Source of the DNA: Candidatus Poribacteria bacterium | GTDB lineage: Bacteria > Poribacteria > WGA-4E > WGA-3G | Direction: 5' to 3' | Assembly (NCBI GenBank): GCA_965262955.1 | Contig: CBDHGE010000001.1 | Location: 848,046-912,045 of the forward strand | Length of the DNA: 64,000 bases | Shown here: positions 9,764 to 20,346 of the stretch, piece after piece | Layout of the letters: each line of letters opens with the position of its first letter | How positions within the stretch are numbered: the first letter of the stretch is position 1 | Translations under genes and position numbers: made by a program | The notes under the pieces: generated by a model | What the model was told of the DNA's origin: nothing | Seen by the model: the letters and a program-made list of their open reading frames with translations, nothing else | Database searches by the model: none

Positions 9764-10468
9764 ATGTTAACATTACTTGTAGTGGTGGAGGAAACATTTA
9801 TGCGCTATTTGCGAGGCATTGTTACATGGATTGATTCATTGAAATCCGGCAGGCAATTTCGGGGATGGGCTGTAATTTTCCTCAAAATCCTTGGGGTAGT
9901 TACCTTAGTGGGTCTTAGCGTGTGGAGTATCGTGGTCTGCGTCAATACAATAGCTGCGAGCAGCGATTCAGAAATTACTTCACGGATTCTGGTCATTATT
10001 GGATCAGTCTTAGAAGTTTGCATCATTTTCATCATCGCCACAGTCCTCGCCATGTTGCTTTGGAACAGATCCAATAAAATCAAAACACTCGATAACGATC
10101 CGAATTTCCTTTTGATAGCCATTACAGTCGTCTTGGTCCAATTGCTTGGAGAATTAAGTTTTATTGGACTCATCGGAGCAGGCATTCAGGTGTTGGTGTC
10201 TTCAATTTTCGGATCCGGGCTTCCGGTGTCTGTAGATACGTTCCTACGCAAGCGAGAACTCTTGGACACCTTTCTGATAGACCCAAAAGGAAACATCTCT
10301 TTTATCTCAAGTGTAATTTTGTCTGTAATCTTTGTGCTTTCCGGGGTAGTGCTACTGGTTGTCGCTTATTTCATAGCAGAAGAAGTCAATGTCCTTGCAA
10401 ATATAGCAGAGAGCCTCAATAATATAGAGACGAAGTTGGTGGATGAGGAAGATCCCTTAGATTCTTGA
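9764..10468 (+). CDS. hypothetical polytopic membrane protein
   Basis: Several hydrophobic helices. Immediately downstream of the TA pair. Confidence 0.4.
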   Translation: MLTLLVVVEETFMRYLRGIVTWIDSLKSGRQFRGWAVIFLKILGVVTLVGLSVWSIVVCVNTIAASSDSEITSRILVIIGSVLEVCIIFIIATVLAMLLWNRSNKIKTLDNDPNFLLIAITVVLVQLLGELSFIGLIGAGIQVLVSSIFGSGLPVSVDTFLRKRELLDTFLIDPKGNISFISSVILSVIFVLSGVVLLVVAYFIAEEVNVLANIAESLNNIETKLVDEEDPLDS

Positions 10469-10511
10469 TATACTTCTCCGCCAAAGCACAAAATTTTGGT
10501 AGTAGGTAATA

Positions 10512-12548
10512 ATGGAGGAATTGCTAATGGCTGAACAACACCACGAACTCGCCCATGTTTTTGCAGAGGCATCGCAGGTTGTTAATGATGCCCGCGGCGG
10601 TACACCCCGTGATCTGAATACACCTTACACCTTTCCGGGTTATACCAAAGCGGAATGGACAGCAAAAGCTACAGCGTTACGTCAACAGATTCGTGTTGCC
10701 AACGGCTTAGTACCGATGCACGAATCGACACCGCTAAATGTTGAAATCTTCGGGAGAATCGAGCGGGACGATTACAGCGTGGAAAAGGTCTATTTTGAAC
10801 CCTTTCCAGGCTTTTTTACAACAGGAAATCTCTATCGTCCGCTGGGTAAATCCGGACCATTTCCCGGAATTGTGAGTCCACATGGACACTGGACGCGCGG
10901 TAGACTTGAGAGTATTGAGCGCGGTTCCATTCCTGGCCGCTGTATCAACTTCGCGAAGCAAGGATACGTCATCTTTGCCTATGATATGGTCGGTTACAAC
11001 GATAGCGGTAAACAGATAGATCACCGCTATGGCGGCGCGCACGAAGGATTGTGGGGTCTCAGCGCAATGGGACTTCAACTCCAGAACAGTATCCGTTCCA
11101 TTGACTTTTTAGAAAGTCTACCGGATGTGGACAATGAGCGCATAGGGTGCACAGGCGCGTCAGGTGGTGGAACGCAAGCCTTTATCCTGACAGCGGTTGA
11201 CGAACGTATCAAGGTGTCGGCACCAGTTAATATGATTTCAGCGACAATGCAAGGCGGTTGTCTGTGTGAAAACGCTCCAAACCTCCGTTTAGATGTGAGT
11301 AACATCGAAATCGGTGCGCTGATGGCACCGAGACCGCTTCTGATGGTATCCGCTACAGGTGACTGGACAGTGAACACACCAACGGTTGAATATCCAGCCA
11401 TCCGAAGCATCTATGCCCACTTTGATGCAGAAGATAAGGTACATCAGGTTCAGGTAGACGCAGAACACAACTACAACTTAGAAAGCCGCGAGGCGGTGTA
11501 TGCGTGGTTTGCAAAATGGTTTTTAGGTGCAGAAGACACTTCAGCGTTCAAAGAGGTCCCGTTTCAGGTTGAACCAGACGATGCGCTATTGGCTTTCTCG
11601 GAACGCGAGATGCCAGCACATGCGTTGAAACAGGAGGAGTTTCTACCGAGCTGGGCAAATCGTTCTCTTCAAGCGATTGAAAAACTGAAACCGACAAATG
11701 AATCAGAACTTCAGGCATTCCGTGAAGAGATGGGTAGTGGGTTGCAACACGCACTTGGATTACAGATACCAGAAATCACGGATGTAACGCTTGTTGAGCC
11801 AGAAGGCGCGTTTAAAACAACCTACCAAACCAATTTATCTGCGAGACATCTCGTCATTGGCAGAAACGATATGGGGGACGCTATTCCTGCCATTCTATTT
11901 AGCCCAGAACCACAAGTCGGTCATGACCCAGTCGTGGTTATTGTTCACCCAGAAGGCAAGGAAAAGTTAATTGATTCAGAAACAGGTGAACCGTTACCAC
12001 TCATCACGGACCTGCTCCGTGCTGATCGCAAAGTGCTTCTGATTGATGTCTTTGGTACAGGCGAGCACGGTGATTATGAGAGATCGGAAGATACCAACTT
12101 CTTTACGACTTATAACCGAACAACAGCGGCACTCCGTGTGCAAGACATCGTGACGGCACTGCACTGTTTCACAGGCAGGGGTGACGTTTCAGAGGTGAAT
12201 CTGATTGGAATTGGTGAAGCAGGATTGTGGAGTTTGCTGGCAGCAGGTTTCGCGGATGTAAAAAATGTTATCGCCGATGCGGCGGAATTTGACCTGCGAT
12301 ATGACCTTGATGGTGACGCTGCTTTCTTGGAAACTTTACCGATCCCGAATATCCGTCAGGTGGGAGATTTTCGGACTGTGGGGACGTTGATTGCACCTCG
12401 ACGGTTGATTATCCACAACACCGGCGATGTATTCGACACAGCTTGGATTGCTGAGGTCTACAGCAATATCGGTGCGAGTCAGCAGCTACTTGTGGAAACA
12501 GATCGGTTGTCTGATGGGAAGATCGTTGCGCAAGTGGCAACTGGATAG
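10512..12548 (+). CDS. two-domain alpha/beta-hydrolase (acetyl-esterase / dienelactone-hydrolase-like)
   Basis: GxSxG nucleophile elbow in CTGASGGGTQA. A second hydrolase-like half follows. Confidence 0.55.
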   Translation: MEELLMAEQHHELAHVFAEASQVVNDARGGTPRDLNTPYTFPGYTKAEWTAKATALRQQIRVANGLVPMHESTPLNVEIFGRIERDDYSVEKVYFEPFPGFFTTGNLYRPLGKSGPFPGIVSPHGHWTRGRLESIERGSIPGRCINFAKQGYVIFAYDMVGYNDSGKQIDHRYGGAHEGLWGLSAMGLQLQNSIRSIDFLESLPDVDNERIGCTGASGGGTQAFILTAVDERIKVSAPVNMISATMQGGCLCENAPNLRLDVSNIEIGALMAPRPLLMVSATGDWTVNTPTVEYPAIRSIYAHFDAEDKVHQVQVDAEHNYNLESREAVYAWFAKWFLGAEDTSAFKEVPFQVEPDDALLAFSEREMPAHALKQEEFLPSWANRSLQAIEKLKPTNESELQAFREEMGSGLQHALGLQIPEITDVTLVEPEGAFKTTYQTNLSARHLVIGRNDMGDAIPAILFSPEPQVGHDPVVVIVHPEGKEKLIDSETGEPLPLITDLLRADRKVLLIDVFGTGEHGDYERSEDTNFFTTYNRTTAALRVQDIVTALHCFTGRGDVSEVNLIGIGEAGLWSLLAAGFADVKNVIADAAEFDLRYDLDGDAAFLETLPIPNIRQVGDFRTVGTLIAPRRLIIHNTGDVFDTAWIAEVYSNIGASQQLLVETDRLSDGKIVAQVATG

Positions 12549-12671
12549 GGCTATTTATGGTAGATTTTGGAATTAATTCGACTTTAGCATCGGCGAGGTA
12601 GGGATACCTCGCTTACCGATTTAAATTCTTAAACTTCATAAAGTTTGCGGTACAAATAGCAAAAAAATATA

Positions 12672-12698
12672 GGGCGGACACTATGGTCCGCCCTTTTT
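12672..12698. terminator. bidirectional rho-independent terminator between convergent genes
   Basis: Stem gggcggac / gtccgccc with A-run upstream and TTTTT downstream. Confidence 0.7.
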
Positions 12699-12748
12699 AC
12701 ATATTTGTAAGTGCGACTTGTAGCCGCGTACAATTACAGAACCGTTCT

Positions 12749-14119
12749 CTATGAGAGATTGTATCCACGTTCGTTGTGTTGCGAGAGGTCGAGTCCCATT
12801 CGTTCGTCATCCTCTTCAACGCGTAAGCCGACTATGGCATCAACAATCTTGAGGATAATAAACGAAAGCACACCACTCCAAACAATAGTGATAACGACGC
12901 TGAGGAACTGTGCCCACAGCTGCGCACCCATAGATACACCTTCACCTAACCCAACGCCTCCGAAGCCTTCAGCAACAAAAATGCCAGTCAACAAGGCACC
13001 AACAATTCCACCGATACCGTGAACGCCGAAAGCATCCAAGGAATCATCATAACCGAGTTGGGATTTCAAAGTGGTAGCGCCCCAGAAACAGACGACTCCA
13101 GAAACGATACCGATAACGAGGGCACCAATAGGTCCGACAGAGCCAGACGCCGGCGTAATAGCAACCAAGCCAGCGACAGCACCTGTTACAATACCCAAAG
13201 CACTCGGTTTGCCGTGCTTCGCCCATTCAACGAACATCCAAGCAACAGCAGCGGTGGCAGTTGAGATTTGGGTGACGAGCATCGCCATACCAGCGGCACC
13301 ATCAGCGGCAACAGCACTACCAGCATTGAAGCCAAACCAGCCTACCCAGAGCATTGACGCACCGACAACAGTCAGTGTCAAACTATGCGGTGGCATCGCC
13401 GTTGTTTGGTAACCGATACGTTTTCCGACTAAGATAGCGGCGATTAATGCTGCAATACCGGCGTTAATATGCACAACGGTCCCACCGGCGAAATCAAGCG
13501 CACCGATAATATCACCAAACAGCGAACCGTCGCCAGACCATGCCATGTGACAGAGGGGCGCGTATACGATTATCGACCAGAGCACAGAGAAGATTAGCAT
13601 CGCGGAGAATTTCATTCTCTCAGCGAAGGCACCAGCAATTAGCGCGGGTGTGATAATCGCGAACGTCAGTTGGAAGGTGATAAAAACGGTTTCGGGGATA
13701 GTTCCAGAGAGGGTATCTACGCCAATACCTCGCAGGAACATGGTACCAAGCCCGCCAACAAAAGAGGTGAGAGTGATTGTTCCAGCCGTCATACCATCAG
13801 TATTAAAGGCGAGACTATAGCCACAGATAACCCATATAATCGTAATCAATCCTGTCAATGCGAAACATTGCATCAGGACAGAGAGTACATTTTGGACGCG
13901 GACAAGTCCCCCATAGAAGAGTGCGAGTCCGGGAATAGTCATAAATAGGACGAGGGCAGTTGAGGTAAGCATCCAAGCGGTATCGCCTGAATCATGTGTT
14001 GCGTCTTGTGCCATCGCCAAACTCGGCACGCCACAAATCAATAGAACAACAATTAGCGTTCCAAGGCGTGTGTAACCAGATCGTTTTTTCGCAGATGTTG
14101 ATGCACATCGTTGTTGCAT
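12749..14119 (-). CDS. amt: ammonium transporter (Amt family)
   Basis: Signal peptide plus 11 transmembrane segments. Signature DFAGGTVVHINAGIAALIAAILVGKR. Confidence 0.9.
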   Translation of the reverse strand: MQQRCASTSAKKRSGYTRLGTLIVVLLICGVPSLAMAQDATHDSGDTAWMLTSTALVLFMTIPGLALFYGGLVRVQNVLSVLMQCFALTGLITIIWVICGYSLAFNTDGMTAGTITLTSFVGGLGTMFLRGIGVDTLSGTIPETVFITFQLTFAIITPALIAGAFAERMKFSAMLIFSVLWSIIVYAPLCHMAWSGDGSLFGDIIGALDFAGGTVVHINAGIAALIAAILVGKRIGYQTTAMPPHSLTLTVVGASMLWVGWFGFNAGSAVAADGAAGMAMLVTQISTATAAVAWMFVEWAKHGKPSALGIVTGAVAGLVAITPASGSVGPIGALVIGIVSGVVCFWGATTLKSQLGYDDSLDAFGVHGIGGIVGALLTGIFVAEGFGGVGLGEGVSMGAQLWAQFLSVVITIVWSGVLSFIILKIVDAIVGLRVEEDDERMGLDLSQHNERGYNLS

Positions 14120-14548
14120 CTGGATCCTCCATAGTATTTACAAGCAGATGTCGCTTGTGCGTTGTTTTGGGAAAGCAGACAACCGCGTCTATCTTTCCAC
14201 TTCAATTTTTGTAGGGACAGCTGCTTCTGTCCACTAATCGCTTCCTGATAAGGTGTTCTAATTTCCTGAAGATAATGATGCAGCATTTTACCAGAATATC
14301 ATAAGCGTATCAAGAATTAATTTCAGAAGTATTTAGTCGTCAGTCGCCAGTCGTCAGCGAAGATAGTAGATTTCGCCATAAGTCAAATCATGCTGGAACG
14401 ATTTCAAATTTAAGAAGACCGTAAAATACAAATAAGGAGAAAAGGGAAACACCCACATAATGGTGAAGTAAAACTCAGGGATAAAGTGAAACTTCTTGTG
14501 GGTGGTCCCTATTAGATTTGTAGCTCAAAGGCTACTGGAAAAATGCGT

Positions 14549-15892
14549 TTAACGTATTGAAGAGACGTTGAAGTCAGGATAGGCACTTGCACCGTGTTCT
14601 TCGTAGTCAAGTCCAGCCATTTCTTCCTCTTCACTAACCCGCAAACCTGTAAGGGCTTTGATGCCATAGAAGAGAATAAAGCCAGTAACGAGACACCATA
14701 CGAGAACAGAGACAACACCGACGATCTGTGCCCAAAGGAATCCGGCAGAGCCGCCGAAGAAAATGCCTTGCTCATTATGGAAAAACCCGAGTAGGATTGT
14801 CCCTAAGGCACCACACGTCCCATGAACAGAAATAGCACCGACTGGATCATCAATCCGCAGACGTTCTAAGAACAGCACGCTGAGGACGACCACAATACCA
14901 CCGAGTGCGCCGATAATCGCGGCGGAGACTGGACTCACAAAAGCACAACCGGCAGTAATTGCTACCAAGCCAGCGAGTGCACCGTTGAGTGACATACCGG
15001 CATCGGGTTTACCAAGAAATATCCACGCCGTAATCATAGCCGTAATAGCACCTGCGGCAGCGGCGATGTTAGTCGTTACAGCGATAAGAGAGATGTCAGC
15101 AGCATCGGCACCCATTTGGCTGCCTGGGTTAAATCCGAACCATCCGAGCCACAAGATAAAGACCCCAAGTGCAGCAAGCGGAAGATTGTGTCCTGCAATC
15201 GGTCTCGGGTTGCCTTCACTATCGTATTTACCCGTACGGGGACCTAAGACAATAGCACCTGTCAGCGCGAGCCAACCACCTGTCGAATGGACGACTGTTG
15301 AACCTGCAAAATCGAGCATACCTGCGCCGAAGTTTGCCAACCAACCACCACCCCAAATCCAGTGTCCAACGACCGGATAGATGAAACCCGTGATGAAGAC
15401 ACTATAAATCAGATAACTTTTGAACTGTGTACGTTCTGCCATTGCACCAGAAACAATAGTCGCGGCAGTAGCAGCAAATACAAGCTGGAAGAGCCATGCT
15501 GCATGTGTCGGCACAGAACTCCATTCTAATGAACCAAACGCACTCGATTCAGATGGGACGAACCATCCGCTTGTTCCCATGAATGCGTTCCCGGCACCAA
15601 ACATAATGGCGAAGCCGATTGCCCAATATGCGATCGAACCCATAGAGAAGTCCATTAGGTTCTTCATGAGAATGTTGACGGCGTTCTTGGCACGTGTGAA
15701 CCCAGACTCCACCATAGCGAATCCTGCCTGCATAAAGAAAACGAGAAATGCAGCGACCAGTACCCACAACGTGTCAGCCATATACTTTGCATCAGAAACC
15801 TTCTCACCCTCAACCGACCCATTTAGGGCGAAAACGTTCAGACTTAATAGGCAAGTGAGGGTAAAAACTACTATGACAACCTTTTTCTTCAT
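14549..15892 (-). CDS. amt: ammonium transporter (Amt family), second copy
   Basis: Signature DFAGSTVVHSTGGWLALTGAIVLGPRTGKY. Tandem with the first amt; no glnK between or beside them. Confidence 0.9.
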   Translation of the reverse strand: MKKKVVIVVFTLTCLLSLNVFALNGSVEGEKVSDAKYMADTLWVLVAAFLVFFMQAGFAMVESGFTRAKNAVNILMKNLMDFSMGSIAYWAIGFAIMFGAGNAFMGTSGWFVPSESSAFGSLEWSSVPTHAAWLFQLVFAATAATIVSGAMAERTQFKSYLIYSVFITGFIYPVVGHWIWGGGWLANFGAGMLDFAGSTVVHSTGGWLALTGAIVLGPRTGKYDSEGNPRPIAGHNLPLAALGVFILWLGWFGFNPGSQMGADAADISLIAVTTNIAAAAGAITAMITAWIFLGKPDAGMSLNGALAGLVAITAGCAFVSPVSAAIIGALGGIVVVLSVLFLERLRIDDPVGAISVHGTCGALGTILLGFFHNEQGIFFGGSAGFLWAQIVGVVSVLVWCLVTGFILFYGIKALTGLRVSEEEEMAGLDYEEHGASAYPDFNVSSIR

Positions 15893-16092
15893 TTGAAAAT
15901 ATCTCCTTGTGTCAATTTTTCCTTAAAACCTTGCATGTCGTGAACGGCGAAAGCGGCGTTTGTATTTATTTATGTAGGATCCGTCTGCGATCTGCCGTTG
16001 AAGGTTAGTGTTTGCGCATCGCGAACCATGAGACATTCTCGTCTCCGGTTCGCGATGACCACACTTTGTGTCGTCAGCGATATTCCTTACCT

Positions 16093-16812
16093 TTACCAAG
16101 TGCGGACGAACGTCATCCTGCCGGTAATACCTGTTTCATCATCCCCTTTTTGGGTCTCAAATCCGACAAAAACACCCAGTGTGTTATTCTCACCGTAAGC
16201 GACGTTTGCGCGTCCACCGACTGCCATGCCCGCAAGTCCACCTTCGGTCAAATCAAGCGTTACTTCTACCTGCGGACCAACAGAAAGCGTATCATTAATC
16301 GACAGGAGCACAAAATTACGAGTGTAGAAGGAATCGCCTGCTTCTTCATCAAACATAGAGTTGAAGAACCCTTGTATCCAAGATTCAAAATAGATGGAAC
16401 CAGCGGTAAGATAGGTAAATAGCTGTGGGGCAATCAGAGAAGAGGGGCCATTGGGAGCACCGTAGTCAAACCCGATACCTATCATGGGAAGGAAACTAAG
16501 AGATAGTGAATCGCTATCAGCGACTGGAATGCCGATTCCGACATCTAATTCACCGAAAGTGTCAACAACGTAAATATCGGTATCAAGGGAAAGGTTACCA
16601 AGGAAACTTGGGGAATGACTTGCACCGACCCAGATCTGTGTTCCTAAACTGTCTGTATCCGTACGGAACCAACCGGAAGCACTCGATGACTCTTCTTCTG
16701 CCATCTCTTCACCGGCTTCATGTGCGTCTGCATAGACCATCGGGACACTACCGACTGCGAAAATACAGACCACTGCTAACAACTGAACGAACCAAAATGT
16801 ATGCGTTTTCAT
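16093..16812 (-). CDS. exported beta-rich protein, putative outer-membrane channel; first gene of the amt operon
   Basis: Signal peptide; alternating beta-strand-like sequence; C-terminus TGRMTFVRTW. Paralog at 18774-19514. Confidence 0.5.
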   Translation of the reverse strand: MKTHTFWFVQLLAVVCIFAVGSVPMVYADAHEAGEEMAEEESSSASGWFRTDTDSLGTQIWVGASHSPSFLGNLSLDTDIYVVDTFGELDVGIGIPVADSDSLSLSFLPMIGIGFDYGAPNGPSSLIAPQLFTYLTAGSIYFESWIQGFFNSMFDEEAGDSFYTRNFVLLSINDTLSVGPQVEVTLDLTEGGLAGMAVGGRANVAYGENNTLGVFVGFETQKGDDETGITGRMTFVRTW

Positions 16813-17047
16813 TTAAATCTCCTTTGTGCGCGTCAGAGCGCGCCTACGGTATTGTGTGATTTAGTCAACGGACAATCACGGTGCTACAGTGCCAGTCCAA
16901 GTTTCTACAGAAAATCGGATCGCTTGCCAATGTAAACAACAACAAATTGCTCCCGCAGCACTTGTAATTTGGCATAAACTTGTGATATACTCGCCTGCGA
17001 AAGGCAGACTTTCACCAGCACTTACTGTGCACCTATTTTTGTTTAAA

Positions 17048-17062
17048 GCAAAACGCGTGCCA
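17048..17062 (-). promoter_or_regulatory. sigma54 (-24/-12) promoter, TGGCAC-N5-TTGC on the minus strand
   Basis: Plus strand gcaaaacgcgtgcca is the reverse complement of TGGCACGCGTTTTGC, a perfect consensus. It lies about 235 nt upstream of the 16812 start. Confidence 0.55.
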
Positions 17063-17271
17063 ATTCCATTCTTATCGAGACAATATTATATATATAGGCA
17101 GATAAGAGATGGACCAATAACATTGACCGAAGCAGATGTGCATTGGACAAACACTTGTTTTTGTCAACTGGGAAGGGACTAATATAAGGAAAACACTTGC
17201 GGATGATTTTGAAGGTATTCGTCCCGATTGGGTAGGCACCAGCAAAGTGAGGAGACAGATTTCTAAGAAAA

Positions 17272-18681
17272 ATGCTGAAATTTTCAACAAAAGATTGCCC
17301 AAAAAAAAAGCATATTCTGCTTTTGAGCACTGTCGTGACGTTCGGGATACTACTGCGTTTCTGGAATTTGGGTCAGTGGAGTTTTTGGATTGATGAGGTC
17401 TTTACAGTCAGGGATGCTAAGGGATTATCGCTGGAAAGTTGGCAGAGCATTCCGAACCCCATTCCCTACCTCGCGGTGAAGCTATCCATCGCACTCACCA
17501 ACGACAGCGAATGGGGGAGTCGTTTAATTCCGTGTATCGTTGGAATTATCTCAATTCCTGCGATTTTTGGGTTAGGAAGGACACTATTCAATTGGCAGAT
17601 AGGACTCCTGAGTGGTATGTTCGTAGCGTGTTCAAGTTGGCACCTCTTTTGGACGCAGAACGCCCGTTATCCCGTTTTTACGCTTCTCTTTGCGGTTCTG
17701 ACAGCGTGGTTTTTCTATTTGTCCCTGGAGCGTGATTCGACCCTTTTAACAATCAGCGCGCTTGTTTCCTGTTTCTGCCTCATCCTCTCGCATATCCTCT
17801 CCGTTGTGATTGTGCCTGCATTAGCCGTCTACGCTGCGATCTCTTTATTAGAAAAACCGAGCAGGAAACGATGGCTGAACCTACTTATCTTCTTTATTCC
17901 ATTCGCAATGCCAGTGTTAGCACTGGTGTTTCCGCAAGTTAGGGGTTATCTTTTTTCTGGATGGGGACGCAATGAGTGGCAGCGAAGTCCGCTTTATATC
18001 GTACTAACGCTTGTCCATGGGGTGAGTATTCCTATAGCAGTTGCTGCCTTTTTCGGCTTCGTTGCGACACCCCTTAACAAATCGACGCGTTTTCTACTCT
18101 GTTATGCGGGTGTTCCGCTGGCACTTTTTCTCATCGCATCGCAGCTTCAAAACGTCGCTGGTTATTACCTATTCTGGACGATCCCGGCTTATTTTATCCT
18201 TGCTGGTGTGGCGTGCGAACGGGTTTGGCGGGCGGTGGTGTCGGAGTCACGGGGAAAAATACTCGGTTCGGTTATGCCGTGTGTTTTGGTGGTAACGCTA
18301 CTTTCACAGACTTATCTCTACTTTCAGATTGAAAATGGTGGACGACCGAGATGGAAGGAGGCGTTTGCAGCGATTCAAGTCGAGAAGAGGGCTACCGACA
18401 AAGTGGTGCTTTCCGAGCCAGAGATGGGTAGGTACTATCTTCCAGAACTGACATCAATTTACATCGGCGGGTTGTTAGACGACCCGGAAGAATTTGAGAG
18501 AGAGTGGGAAACAACTGGAAGAGAAAGACTGTGGTTTGCTGTGGATGTAGCGAGTTTCAACGTCTTTGATGCGGATATGGTGGTTCGCAGCTGGATTCGC
18601 GAGCGCGGACATCTTGTAAAAACACTGCCAGCCTTTTCACGGGCAAAAGACAGGACGATACATATTTATTTGCTGGAGTAA
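17272..18681 (+). CDS. GT-C glycosyltransferase, family 39 (ArnT / PMT-like)
   Basis: About 11 transmembrane helices with GT39-type N-terminal loops (WNLGQWSFWIDE). Confidence 0.65.
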   Translation: MLKFSTKDCPKKKHILLLSTVVTFGILLRFWNLGQWSFWIDEVFTVRDAKGLSLESWQSIPNPIPYLAVKLSIALTNDSEWGSRLIPCIVGIISIPAIFGLGRTLFNWQIGLLSGMFVACSSWHLFWTQNARYPVFTLLFAVLTAWFFYLSLERDSTLLTISALVSCFCLILSHILSVVIVPALAVYAAISLLEKPSRKRWLNLLIFFIPFAMPVLALVFPQVRGYLFSGWGRNEWQRSPLYIVLTLVHGVSIPIAVAAFFGFVATPLNKSTRFLLCYAGVPLALFLIASQLQNVAGYYLFWTIPAYFILAGVACERVWRAVVSESRGKILGSVMPCVLVVTLLSQTYLYFQIENGGRPRWKEAFAAIQVEKRATDKVVLSEPEMGRYYLPELTSIYIGGLLDDPEEFEREWETTGRERLWFAVDVASFNVFDADMVVRSWIRERGHLVKTLPAFSRAKDRTIHIYLLE

Positions 18682-18773
18682 ATGCGACCAACAGGTAGAT
18701 GCATCCCTTTAACAGAGAAAGGCGCGCTTTTCATCTGCTTGAAGCGCGCCCATGGATCAATAGAAAAAAGTTT

Positions 18774-19514
18774 CTACCATCTCCGAGTGAAATTCATTCT
18801 ACCCGTAAGTCCTGTTTGCCCTTCCTCTTTTTTGGTTTCATACCCGACGTATATACCAAGCGTGTTATTCGCACCATAACCGATATTTATACGTCCACCG
18901 AAATTGAGAGCCCACAGTCCACCACCATCACCAAAACCAAGTACGGACTCAAATTGTGGACCAACCGCAATAGTTTCGTTTAGCGCATAAGTAAGATAAG
19001 TACGGTTGTAGAGTTCATCCAAGGTTTCGTCATCAAATAGGGTTTTGACTGTGGCGATTGTCCAGTGGAAACCGAAGATTTTACCAGCGGGTAGGATAGC
19101 AAAGATTTGTGGATATAGGGCATAGGGCCCGTCTGGACTGACATAATTGAACCCAACTCCGAGCATTGGTGTTAGCAGCAGTGCCATGCTGTCATTCGCG
19201 ATAACTGGAAATGAAATACCCATATCAAACTCGCCCAAATGATCATTAACATAGATATTAGAATCAAATGAAATGCCACCGCTGAGCGGATGGCTCGCAC
19301 CAACTAAAAAATAGGTGCCCAGACTATCGACATCAATCTGGAACCAGCCTGTGATATTCGGCTTCTCTTCTGCCTTTTCACCTTCTGCTTCATGGCTATC
19401 AGCGAAGGCAGTCGAGAAATTAGCAATAGAGATTATACATATTAGGACCACAACAGCAGTTAGCCGAAAGATATCGTTGTACCTCTGCACATAGCAGACT
19501 TGACAGTTATCCAT
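18774..19514 (-). CDS. exported beta-rich protein, paralog of 16093-16812
   Basis: Alignable along its full length with the first copy. C-terminus TGRMNFTRRW. Confidence 0.5.
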   Translation of the reverse strand: MDNCQVCYVQRYNDIFRLTAVVVLICIISIANFSTAFADSHEAEGEKAEEKPNITGWFQIDVDSLGTYFLVGASHPLSGGISFDSNIYVNDHLGEFDMGISFPVIANDSMALLLTPMLGVGFNYVSPDGPYALYPQIFAILPAGKIFGFHWTIATVKTLFDDETLDELYNRTYLTYALNETIAVGPQFESVLGFGDGGGLWALNFGGRINIGYGANNTLGIYVGYETKKEEGQTGLTGRMNFTRRW

Positions 19515-19620
19515 AAGAAACTCCTTATTTAATGGTTATCGGTTATTAGCTGTCGGTTAAGAGGTGAGTCAGTCAAACCGGAGGTCTCTTTAACCGACGA
19601 CTGGCAATTGACTACTATTT

Positions 19621-20310
19621 TTAATCGGCTTGTTTAACCTGTTCCATGAGTTGTTCGAGTTTATGTGGATCTTTGATACCCTTTGACGCCTCAACCCCAG
19701 AACAGAGGTCAATGCCGTGTGGACGGATTGTCTCAATAGCGGCTTTGACATTCTCTGGACGGATTCCACCGGCGAAAAACACCGGCAGTGGACTTTCTGC
19801 AATGAGTTCAGCTGCAACATTCCAATCACAAGTTTTCCCTGTACCACCGTATCTGGGTTTCTCCAGACTCATATCAACGCTATCAAACAGAAGGAAATCC
19901 GCACCGGCATCTCGGTAAGCTTGCATCTCCGCTTGGACAGCGGGAATATCTACGTTTTCGGGACTTCCTGCGGGGAGGTAGACGGACTTCCAGAATTGAC
20001 ATGACACAGTGTCTTTGAGTTCTTCAAGCTGTTCTGGCGGCTCCTGACCAAGGAGTTGCACGGCAAAAGGCTGAACTTGGGAAACGATTTCTTGGATATC
20101 GGATGATGTGCGGTTGTATAGCAGAAGCACGGTAGGAAGAGGGCTTCCCTCTGAGATTTCGGAGGCTTGATCAGCAGAACGTGTTCGCTCTGATACGGCG
20201 ACATCAACTAACACACCGACGTAGTCAGCACCTGCGTCAGCGGCAAGTCGGGCATCATGGATAGAGGTAATACCGCAGATTTTAACACTGCAGTGGGATT
20301 CTTTGGGCAT
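19621..20310 (-). CDS. trpF: phosphoribosylanthranilate isomerase
   Basis: VKICGIT...GGTGKTCDW...FAGGI motifs. Confidence 0.8.
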   Translation of the reverse strand: MPKESHCSVKICGITSIHDARLAADAGADYVGVLVDVAVSERTRSADQASEISEGSPLPTVLLLYNRTSSDIQEIVSQVQPFAVQLLGQEPPEQLEELKDTVSCQFWKSVYLPAGSPENVDIPAVQAEMQAYRDAGADFLLFDSVDMSLEKPRYGGTGKTCDWNVAAELIAESPLPVFFAGGIRPENVKAAIETIRPHGIDLCSGVEASKGIKDPHKLEQLMEQVKQAD

Positions 20311-20346
20311 TGCGCATTAATTCCTTTTAGTAGGATAGGGTACTTT

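Noticed and set aside
14053-14286. 77-aa ORF between the two amt genes, a candidate for the missing glnK
   Set aside because: The sequence has no PII signatures: no T-loop and no GlnB motifs. It partly overlaps the amt1 start region.
15998-16198. Plus-strand ORFs 15998-16198 and 18682-18879 with similar protein sequences (…ILPVIPVSSSPFWVSNPTKTPSVLF…)
   Set aside because: They are antisense to the C-terminal coding regions of the two paralogous beta-rich protein genes. The similarity is a by-product of the paralogy on the other strand.
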